From the IMG/VR virus record IMGVR_UViG_2579778919_000010: a stretch of 36,679 bases of DNA; one strand, written 5' to 3'. The notes below the pieces were generated by a model. It made no database searches. It was not told the origin of the DNA and saw nothing but the letters and a program-made list of their open reading frames with translations. This DNA comes from a virus. Taxonomy: Duplodnaviria > Heunggongvirae > Uroviricota > Caudoviricetes. This document shows, in pieces, positions 27,994 to 35,660 of this stretch (position 1 is the stretch's first letter; every line of letters starts with the position of its first letter). Made by a program: the position numbers and the translations under genes.

Positions 27994-28269
27994 TTAATCC
28001 TTATTCAGTAATGCGCGTTCAACATAAAAACAGAACTTTGTCAGAGCCACTCCGGCTTCGTTCTGGGTGGCTGCTTCAGGAATCCCCGGAACCAGTAGCT
28101 GCCCAGGGGCATATCCGTGGCGTGCGTAAACATTTATGACCTCCCGGAGCCGCTTGTGATGACGGGCGCTCGCGATAGGTAAAGCGCCTTCCGGGAGTGT
28201 CTGACCAAATTCAATCAGCCCGCTGGCCCACGCATAAGCGATTAATATTGATTGCTGTTTCTCAGTCAT
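27994..28269 (-). CDS. Hypothetical early protein
   Basis: 91-aa ORF in operon context. Confidence 0.4.
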   Translation of the reverse strand: MTEKQQSILIAYAWASGLIEFGQTLPEGALPIASARHHKRLREVINVYARHGYAPGQLLVPGIPEAATQNEAGVALTKFCFYVERALLNKD

Positions 28270-28283
28270 AAAAAACCTTTAAG

Positions 28284-28574
28284 TTAGCTGTCGCGATAAA
28301 CGATGTTAAAAACCTGACGACGGGACATTTCCATTTTTTCTGCGATGATCGCAACGGTCAGCCCCTCCTTATAAAGCTCACGGCATAAATACGCATCATG
28401 CTCGTCCTCTGTACGAATACGCAGTGACAGTCCAAGACGAAGAGCGCAATTCTGAACGGACTGTTTTGTACGTCCCAGTTGCTGAGCCAGCCCGATAACA
28501 CTGACTTTCCCTGCACTCTGCTCAAGAATGCGAAGCTCTTCGGGGGACCATGTTTTACCCGTTCTCCACCCCAT
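28284..28574 (-). CDS. Small HTH-containing early protein
   Basis: Start at MGWRTGKTW preceded by GGAGGT; HTH-like segments LAQQLGRTKQSVQNCALRLG and LTVAIIAEKMEMSRRQVFNIV. Confidence 0.5.
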   Translation of the reverse strand: MGWRTGKTWSPEELRILEQSAGKVSVIGLAQQLGRTKQSVQNCALRLGLSLRIRTEDEHDAYLCRELYKEGLTVAIIAEKMEMSRRQVFNIVYRDS

Positions 28575-28576
28575 GC

Positions 28577-28816
28577 TTACCTCCAGATAATCCGGCAACC
28601 TTCCAGACTGGCGACCCAGACGGAGCGGGTGCCACCGTTGTGTGATTCAGCAATGCGCTCTGCGCTGTTAAGCAGCTCAACCGGCGGGCAGGCAATCTCC
28701 AGCAGCGGGCGACGCATAAACACCCGAACGTCAGTCACGCGACTGCCACGCGCACGCAGCCAGTTCTGCGCCGCTTCTGCCATGCTGATGTGCTCTGCAA
28801 TACGTTCGGCGATCAT
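28577..28816 (-). CDS. Small early protein in the position of Mu kil
   Basis: ATG 4 nt after the B stop with GGAGAGGAG upstream; 79 aa; function not recognised. Confidence 0.4.
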   Translation of the reverse strand: MIAERIAEHISMAEAAQNWLRARGSRVTDVRVFMRRPLLEIACPPVELLNSAERIAESHNGGTRSVWVASLEGCRIIWR

Positions 28817-28820
28817 GATG

Positions 28821-29759
28821 TCACTCCTCTCCGATACCGCTGTGGCCCAGCTCCAGCATGGCGGACTGGATGTGCGCCGTGCCAATGGTCTCACCCTTGC
28901 CCTGAGCGTAAATTCCGGCCAGCGGCAGGATGTGCGACAGAGAACGCAGCGCCCCCGGACGTCGGGCGATAGCCTTCAGCAGCTTGCGTTCGTCAGCGCC
29001 GGTGACCTGCCAGGCATCGCAGAAGCTGTCCACGTCACCAGCGGAAACGGTATTGATGACGTACTTCTTGGACACGCGGGAGAACAGGCGGGCAAAATCC
29101 ACGCTGCGCTGGCCGCCGGTAAGACGGTCATAGACCTTGTGGTTACCCACCAGTGCCAGCCCCACGCCACATTCCTCCTGGAGAATACGCAGCTCTTCCA
29201 CCGCATCCAGACTCAGCCAGTCGGCTTCATCCACCACTATCAGGCCGCGCGTGTCCGGCAGACGCTGGCGCAGCAGGCGAGAGAGTGCACCACGGCGGTA
29301 TGGCGCATCGCTGATGCCCATTTTCAGGGCCAGTTCATACAGGGTCTCCAGCTCATTGCTGCGGGATTTGCTGGCGGTGATGTGCCAGACGTTATTACCG
29401 CCTGCGGCATACTGCCGGATAGCCTTTGTCTTACCCACGCCCGGATTGCCGTAAACCAGCACAATCGTCCCGGCCAGCTGCGCCCACGTCAGGGTGGCGA
29501 GGATTTTCTGAGAGGTCGGTGTCTCAACGAAATCAGGGGCCACCGGAAGCGTGGTTTTCGCGGCGTTGTGACTTTCAAGCCAGGTATTCAGGCTGGCAGC
29601 TACGGTGTCATTGTCACCTTTGTATTTCCCGTTCAGGAACTGTGAAACCGTCGCGGTTGATGTACCGGTCTCACGCGCCAGCGCTGCACCGGAAATCGTC
29701 TTGCTGTCGATAAGTTCACGAATGGCACTGCGCACAACATCATGGTTAATTTGCGTCAT
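28821..29759 (-). CDS. B: Transposition protein B (AAA+ ATPase, target DNA activator)
   Basis: 312 aa with Walker A GNPGVGKT and Walker B LIVVDEAD; N-terminal HTH; directly downstream of A. Confidence 0.93.
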   Translation of the reverse strand: MTQINHDVVRSAIRELIDSKTISGAALARETGTSTATVSQFLNGKYKGDNDTVAASLNTWLESHNAAKTTLPVAPDFVETPTSQKILATLTWAQLAGTIVLVYGNPGVGKTKAIRQYAAGGNNVWHITASKSRSNELETLYELALKMGISDAPYRRGALSRLLRQRLPDTRGLIVVDEADWLSLDAVEELRILQEECGVGLALVGNHKVYDRLTGGQRSVDFARLFSRVSKKYVINTVSAGDVDSFCDAWQVTGADERKLLKAIARRPGALRSLSHILPLAGIYAQGKGETIGTAHIQSAMLELGHSGIGEE

Positions 29760-29854
29760 GATTATTAATCCTGTATTTTTTAAATGGCCTGTAATTATTC
29801 AGGTGTTAAAACTGATTCACTTAATTCAGAAGCGGCGCTCACTACGTCGCTTTT

Positions 29855-31837
29855 TTATTTCCGTGCCTGTTTAGCCTTATTAACAAACTGCTGGAAAATA
29901 ACGTCGTTTTCGCTCTGCGTTTCCTGTATGTCCTCCACGCGCTTGACGGTGTTGCCCAGGGTAAATACACGCTCCACCACATGCCGCTCCGGCAGTTCTG
30001 CATGCTCAGTCTTCGGCAGCAGGTCATTCACCTCAATCGCCGTCATACGGTTCAGAGCCTTAGTCGCTTTCTTCGTACTCTTGATCATCTCGCGGCGTGC
30101 ACGGTTGTGTTCACGTCCAGCCTCGGTATCGCCAAAGGCCACGGCGGCACGACACTCAGCCATGCAAAGGAAACGGCCGTCGAGGTCATAACAGGCGACT
30201 TCTCCGTGCAGGTTCCTTGGATCAAACCGGACGGTGATTTTGCGCGAGCGGTGGCTGACGAGCTGTTCACTCCAGTAAGTATTCTTACGGCCAAATAACG
30301 AGCCCCCGCACTCCATCGTAAATTCGCCTGTAGTCTTCACGCGTACAGCTTCCGCAGGCAGCATCAGTTGACGAATTTGCTCTTCGGTCATACGGGTGAT
30401 GACTGACTGGCTGTAGCTGCGCTCAAACGCCTGGTCGAAGGACAGTTCCCCCCGGCACATCTCGGTCTCGCGCCCGGCCTTCGCGTTGAACATGGCGACA
30501 CCTTCGCTGATGGTTTCCAGGAATGTATCCACATCCACCGCCCGGCTGCCGTAGTTCTCTGGCTTGGAGCTGACGTTTTCACCGGCAAATGCTCCAGCCA
30601 GCGCAGGATGTTTGTCGATATATTCGCCCAGACCGCCCACGCCGAAGGCACGTTCAACGGGCTTTGCCTGTCCCCAGCCCTTACCGCCAATCACCCCCGT
30701 CCAGTGCAGCTTCATTCCCAGCAGAGGGATGATCCCCATCGGGTCATCAGGTTTGACTTTGAAGCGGTAACGGTTAGGAACGCCACCGGACAGCCATTTA
30801 TTTGCAGCAGCGCGGGTGTTATCGATGGTCACATGTTTAGGCTTACCGTAAGCGCGGATGGTATCCATCAGGGATAAACGGATGCTGTCACTGTTCTCCG
30901 ACAAATCAGCACGCCAGCCAATAATTTTGCGACTGTGGACATCCTGCCAGAACCACGTTTTAGGACGGATGATGTCGCCGTTAAACCAACGGACAAACAC
31001 GTTGTGCTGGTAACCGTCGCCATTGATCCACTCCATCGCATGAAGATATGCCACGGTGCGCTGCTGCGACGGATACATCTGCGCCAGCGCGTTCTCGCCC
31101 TCACGGGTGGCAACGACGATACGCGGATCAACTTCACGTTCTAGCTTGCGGCGCAGAGTGCGCTCAGCGGGAATAATCCAGCCATGAGCATCTGCCGCCT
31201 TTTCAAGGCGCTCATAGCTTTTGGAGAAGAACGGCGCTTCGTTTCGCAGATAATCGCCCAGGAAGAACTGCCAGGCATCTTCAGAGATATCGGCAGTCCG
31301 GCCAGTCTGACGTTTTTCACGCACACGGCGGTCAAGCAGTACCGGACCCCAGAGGTCAGGACTATGGTCTTTGACTTTGTAGTAAAGATTGCGCAGCGTA
31401 CCTTCACTGATTTGCAGCTGTTTTGCTGCCAGCGTGATCGCCTTACGATTGCCGATGCCGGAAGCCATCAGTTCCGCCACCAGCGCGGCAGCTTTAGTCC
31501 GGCGTTCTGCATGCAGACGCTGCTCGCCGGTAGCTTTCTCCCATGCAGACCACAGTCGCTGGCGTTCCAGATCGTCAGCCGCCACGCGCTCAGGCTCCTG
31601 TGGCAATGTAATCAGCCCGGATGATGTTTCAATCAGGCCACGTGCGGCCAGCAGTTCAGCGCGGACTTCAGGTGGCAACACCGATATGTGGTATTCGAAT
31701 GCTTTGGTGCCAGCACGTTTACGGCGTAGTTCACTACGTCCACTGACAAAAGACTCCAAATGTTTTCTGACGTTCTTTTCTGCATTAGGAAAAGAACAAA
31801 TTCCTACGCATTCTTTTGCGGTAACCCAGAAATCCAT
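29855..31837 (-). CDS. A: Mu-type DDE transposase A
   Basis: 660 aa; long collinear similarity to MuA as recalled ([36 protein letters not shown]..., [19 protein letters not shown]..., LLPAEAV...). Confidence 0.95.
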   Translation of the reverse strand: [660 protein letters not shown]

Positions 31838-32073
31838 TATGCAACCTCTTTGACTGATACAGCTTCATAACGTGAGGGCCAAATATCTCTGGGGGTAAGC
31901 CCCAGAAACTCAGCAATAATTTTTTCCCCTTTCGGCCAGTGGTGGCGGAATACATTTCGTAATGTTGATTCCGCTAATCCGTTGCTTCTGGAGAGCTGAC
32001 TGGTAGTCATCCCACGTTTCCTAATCGCTGCTTTGATGTCTTCCGGGTGCCAGTCTTGGCTTTTGGTCATCAT
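31837..32073 (-). CDS. ner: Ner-like DNA-binding early regulator
   Basis: 78 aa; DWHPEDIKAAIRKRGMT...HHWPKGEKIIAEFLGLTPRDIWPSRY matches Mu Ner as recalled; stop overlaps the A start. Confidence 0.9.
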   Translation of the reverse strand: MMTKSQDWHPEDIKAAIRKRGMTTSQLSRSNGLAESTLRNVFRHHWPKGEKIIAEFLGLTPRDIWPSRYEAVSVKEVA

Positions 32074-32302
32074 TCTGCGATCCTTAAATGTTTACACGTT
32101 CAGGTCAGCAATATCGCTAACCACTACGAGTAAAGATTAGAACACAAAAGAACGAAAGTAAATACTTTTGCGTACTTTTATGGTTGATGAGGTTAACCAT
32201 GATATTTTATTTAAAATCAAATCGTTACTTGATTTTCCGTGGTTAATCACAAAAAAGTACCAGATGTATTTTTCAATAACACAGAAAAGTACGGTGAATG
32301 AT
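32074..32302. promoter_or_regulatory. Early operator / divergent promoter region between ner and c
   Basis: AT-rich; repeated TACTTTT / AAAGTA elements (cgaaagtaaatacttttgcgtacttttatgg, aaaagtaccag, gaaaagtacgg) resembling Mu repressor-binding repeats. Confidence 0.55.
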
Positions 32303-32767
32303 ATGGTTGATTTTAGTGAATGGGTGTCAGTTCAGGATTGTATTGGTCTACCAGGTTTCCCCAGTGGAGCGCCGAATGTCCGGCGGAAACTGGAACAACT
32401 TGTGAGTAATAATCCTAAGTTGAAACGTAAGAAGGCTAAATCGAAAGCATATGAATATCATGTATCGGTCTTGCCAGAAGAAACAAAGAAATTCTTGGGG
32501 GTAGAAGAGCGCTCAGTTATACCTGACTCAGCCTTATCGTCACCAAGCTCAACAGCTCGGGACCTATGGATAATGCTTTTCGACAACTTAACAGAGCGTC
32601 AAAAACAGTATGTTATTAAGGTTTTCATGCAAGGTGGGCTGAACGCTTTAATGCCGATGGTAGCTGATTTGGAAGCCAGTGCAGATAGAGAGATTTTTGA
32701 ACAACGTGATCCCAATGAACAGATTCAAGCCGCGCCGAAGCTGAGCACGCGAAATAAAGCTGGCTGA
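32303..32767 (+). CDS. c: Repressor c (Repc-like), with N-terminal DNA-binding domain paralogous to the transposase N-terminus
   Basis: DFSEWVSVQDCIGLPGFPSGAPNVRRKLEQL...AKSKAYEYHVSVLPEE parallels the A N-terminus [29 protein letters not shown]...[14 protein letters not shown]. Start uncertain: 32168, 32264 and 32303 are all in frame; upstream candidates overlap operator-like repeats. Confidence 0.65.
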   Translation: MVDFSEWVSVQDCIGLPGFPSGAPNVRRKLEQLVSNNPKLKRKKAKSKAYEYHVSVLPEETKKFLGVEERSVIPDSALSSPSSTARDLWIMLFDNLTERQKQYVIKVFMQGGLNALMPMVADLEASADREIFEQRDPNEQIQAAPKLSTRNKAG

Positions 32768-33064
32768 TTGCAAAAGTGCTCAATTGGCTGGCTTTACCTT
32801 CGCACCTCCTGTGGGCATTTTAAGCTGAGTTTAAATCCCGTTAAACGCTTTGAAATTAACTGCTATACGATCCAAATCTATGTGACACTTAACTGGCTTC
32901 GCTATCGAATGATCCAAAATTGACGATATGCCAGATTTTCCACAAGTCGAGTAGCTTAACGTTGTGCGAAGCCTCACAACTCAAGCCTTCCTCCCGTTAA
33001 TTCCCATGAATTCCCGGTTATTCCCGGGTTCTCTGTTTGATCCATACATCACTGTCACTAGTCA
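32768..33064. promoter_or_regulatory. Prophage left-end (attL-like) terminal region
   Basis: Non-coding stretch between the c stop and the inferred CA terminus; contains three exactly 10-bp-phased ATTCCC repeats (33000, 33010, 33020) and GATCCAAA(T/A) repeats. Confidence 0.45.
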
Positions 33065-33069
33065 CTGGG
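33065..33069. repeat. Target-site duplication CTGGG, copy next to the prophage left (L) end
   Basis: Identical to 169-173; follows CA at 33063-33064. Confidence 0.6.
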
Positions 33070-33832
33070 CGATGAAATTCAGCACAAGAGTTTTTTGGGG
33101 GCGCTGGCAGGGGCCGTACTGGGGGCGATAGTGACCATCGCAGAAGGTTGCCTGATTATGGCCGCCTGTGCCACCGGCCCTTATGCGCTGGTTCTGGTGC
33201 CTGCGCTGATGTATGCCAGCTATAAGGCGAGTGATTATGTGGAGGAGAAACAGAACCAGCTTGAATCATGGATAAACAGCTTTTGTGACACGGACGGCGC
33301 CATCAATACCGGTTCTGAAAACGTAAAAATTAACGGCGAGCTGGCCGCACGTGCAGCGGTCACCCTTCCCCCTCCTCCCCCACCTGGAGCAATACCTGAA
33401 GTCCCACAGGGGGAACCCTCATGGGGTGATATTGCCACTGACCTGCTTGAATCGGCAGCGGAAAAAGCAGTACCACTGGCGAAGGCCTGGGGGAACGCTG
33501 TTATCACCCTGACGGACAGCAATGCCGGTTTTATGGATCGCGTCAGCGCCGGCGCATCGCTTCTGTTTCCCGCCGGTCCGGTATTAATGGAGTTTGCCAC
33601 CATGGTGGGCGGGCGTGGCGAAATCAAAAAAGAGGTGGATTTCCCGGAAGCCGGTGAGGACACGGCGCTCTGCGACAAGGAGAACAAACCACCGAGGATA
33701 GGCGCGATCACTTTCATCTACTCCGTTACAAAGCGAGGCTGGGTATTTCCCGGCCTTTCTGTTATCAGAAATCCACTGAAAGCACAGCGGCTGGCTGAGG
33801 CGATAAATAATAAACGGGGGCTGTATGACTGA
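33070..33832 (+). pseudogene. 3' part of the split gene: hydrophobic helices, a PAAR-like motif and a C-terminal domain of unknown function
   Basis: Frame open from the junction (DEIQHKSFLGALAGAVLGAIVTIAEGCLIMAACATGPYALVLVPALMY...NVKINGELAARAAV...PPPPPPG...); the ORF track shows only the TTG-initiated part from 33095; stop overlaps the dam-like start by 8 nt. Confidence 0.6.
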
Positions 33833-34382
33833 TTTCACCGGAAGCAATACTCCTGCCGAACATCGCGACAGCTGGCGCACACCACCAGAGATTTTTGCTG
33901 CGCTTAATGCAGAGTTCGTTTTTCAACTTGATGCTGCCGCCAGCGAAAAAAACCGACTATGTCGGCTTTTTATCTCACAGGAGCAGAACACATTAACCAC
34001 TTCATGGCCTGAAGCAATGGGATATGCCTCTGGTTATGTCTGGTTGAATCCACCATACAGCAATATTTCCCCTTTTGTGAAAAAGGCAGCCACTGAAAAC
34101 AAATTCAGTAGTGTGGGATGTGTAATGTTATTGCCTGCTGACACATCTGTCGGATGGTTTCATGAAGCGATACAAACCGCCAGTGAGGTCAGATTCATCA
34201 CGGCAGGACGACTGGCATTTATTAACCCACTCACTGAGAAACCCGTCAGTGGAAATAATAAAGGCTCGATGCTCATTATCTGGCACCCATACCCCCGTAC
34301 ACACTGCCACTTTACGACCGTTGATCGTGGAGAGTTGATGGCGTTCGGCTCAAGGATTCTTGCCCGTCGGGAGGCTGCATGA
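33825..34382 (+). CDS. Phage-type DNA N6-adenine methyltransferase (Dam family)
   Basis: WRTPPEIF...LDAAAS...VWLNPPYS (NPPY motif IV)...LLPADTSVGWF; 185 aa. Confidence 0.8.
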   Translation: MTDFTGSNTPAEHRDSWRTPPEIFAALNAEFVFQLDAAASEKNRLCRLFISQEQNTLTTSWPEAMGYASGYVWLNPPYSNISPFVKKAATENKFSSVGCVMLLPADTSVGWFHEAIQTASEVRFITAGRLAFINPLTEKPVSGNNKGSMLIIWHPYPRTHCHFTTVDRGELMAFGSRILARREAA

Positions 34383-34462
34383 CAACCACGGAATGCATTT
34401 TTCTGGCAGCGGGCTTCATATTCTGTGTGCTTATGCTTGCCGACATGGGACTTGTTCAATGA
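34379..34462 (+). CDS. Putative 27-aa hydrophobic peptide, translationally coupled on both sides
   Basis: ATGACAACCACGGAATGCATTTTTCTGGCAGCGGGCTTCATATTCTGTGTGCTTATGCTTGCCGACATGGGACTTGTTCAATGA encodes MTTTECIFLAAGFIFCVLMLADMGLVQ; ATGA overlaps with the dam stop and with the next start. Confidence 0.4.
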   Translation: MTTTECIFLAAGFIFCVLMLADMGLVQ

Positions 34463-34674
34463 CACCTCAGCAGGAAAACGCCCTTCGCAGCATTGCCCGT
34501 CAGGCTAATTCTGAAATCAAAAAAGCCAGACAGCAGTTTCCGGATAAAAACGTCGATGACATTTGCCGTAGCGTACTTAAGAAGCACCGCGAAACGGTAA
34601 CGCTGATGGGATTCACACCGACTCATTTAAGCCTGGCGATCGGCATGTTAAACGGCGTCTTTAAGGAACGGTGA
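34459..34674 (+). CDS. Hypothetical small protein
   Basis: Start MTPQQENALRSIARQ... coupled to the upstream peptide; ORF track extends it 5' to 34360. Confidence 0.5.
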   Translation: MTPQQENALRSIARQANSEIKKARQQFPDKNVDDICRSVLKKHRETVTLMGFTPTHLSLAIGMLNGVFKER

Positions 34675-34772
34675 ACATGAAAAGCAAAATCATCAGGGAG
34701 CTACAGGCTCCTTTTTTATTGTTCGCATTCATCCTCAAGCGTATTAACCAACAATTCAGGGATTAATGGAAG

Positions 34773-34991
34773 ATGGCAGACATCATTGATTCAGCATCAG
34801 AAATCGAAGAATTACAGCGCAATACAGCAATAAAAATGCGTCGTCAGAACTACCAGACTGTATCCGCAACTCATTGTTGTGAGTGTGGCGATCCGATAGA
34901 TGAGCGAAGACGCCTGGCTGTTCAGGGTTGTCGGACTTGTGCAAGTTGCCAGGAGGAGATCGAACTTAAGAACAAACAATGGGGACTGTGA
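34773..34991 (+). CDS. TraR/DksA-family C4 zinc-finger protein
   Basis: CCECGDPIDERRR...CRTCASCQ, a four-cysteine zinc-finger arrangement. Confidence 0.75.
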   Translation: MADIIDSASEIEELQRNTAIKMRRQNYQTVSATHCCECGDPIDERRRLAVQGCRTCASCQEEIELKNKQWGL

Positions 34992-35038
34992 TGGCCTCAA
35001 AGCAGCAAATTTCAACATCGTCCAACTGAGGTGTAAAA

Positions 35039-35317
35039 ATGTTCAGAATCATTTTTCCTAACACCTGGTACGTCGACCACCACGGCACTCCCTGCAAAAT
35101 CCTGCGTTCTACCCACAACAAAGTTCACTACATCCGAAAAGGCAGAACATGTATCGCCAGCATGTTCCGCTTTAATCATGACTTTGAACCTGTGAATAAA
35201 GCTGATGCAGATCGGATAGCAGAAGAGATCGAAACGGCAGAACACATTAAGAAGTTACGTGACATGCGTTCAAAAAGCAGAGGTAACCATGGAATCATAC
35301 AGCCTCACACTCGATGA
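35039..35317 (+). CDS. Hypothetical protein
   Basis: 92-aa ORF upstream of xis. Confidence 0.45.
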   Translation: MFRIIFPNTWYVDHHGTPCKILRSTHNKVHYIRKGRTCIASMFRFNHDFEPVNKADADRIAEEIETAEHIKKLRDMRSKSRGNHGIIQPHTR

Positions 35318-35660
35318 GGCCTGTCAGTTTCTTAAGATATCCAGACCAACCGCCACCAACTGGATACGAACAGGCCGCCTACAGGCAACACGTAAAGATC
35401 CAACCAAGCCAAAATCTCCTTACCTCACAACACGGCAAGCCTGCATTGCGGCGCTTCAGTCTCCGCTGCATACTGTCCAGGTGAGCGCGGGTGATGGCAT
35501 AACAGAGGAAAGAAAATGTCACTCTTCCGCAGAAATGAAATATGGTATGCCTCGTATTCGCTCCCGGGCGGGAAACGAATTAAGGAATCTCTTGGCACAA
35601 AGGACAAGCGGCAAGCTCAGGAGTTGCACGACAAGCGAAAAGCAGAACTCTGGCGAGTAG
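35289..35660 (+). CDS. xis: Excisionase-like DNA-binding protein
   Basis: [37 protein letters not shown]... HTH; directly upstream of and overlapping int. The 3' end is uncertain because the frame runs 145 nt into int. Confidence 0.6.
   Translation: MESYSLTLDEACQFLKISRPTATNWIRTGRLQATRKDPTKPKSPYLTTRQACIAALQSPLHTVQVSAGDGITEERKCHSSAEMKYGMPRIRSRAGNELRNLLAQRTSGKLRSCTTSEKQNSGE

Larger units (their letters stand above)
174..33064 (-). mobile_element. Mu-like transposable prophage, complete in gene content apart from C, map reversed in this window
   Basis: Contiguous Mu-order gene set from c/ner/A/B through head and tail genes to S/U/gin; TG...CA termini; 5-bp flanking repeat; the 174 end resembles the Mu R-end as I recall it (GCGC...AAAACGCGA at the same offset). 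Confidence 0.7.

Noticed and set aside
32168-32302. ORF-track start of the repressor at 32168 (MRTFMVDEV...)
   Set aside because: The sequence here is made of operator-like TACTTTT repeats and homology to the transposase DNA-binding domain starts only at 32303.
33037-33048. Alternative left terminus at TGTATGGATCA, which resembles the Mu L-end start TGTATTGATTCA
   Set aside because: No matching 5-bp duplication exists at the other end for this boundary, and it would not give the in-frame reconstruction of the split gene.
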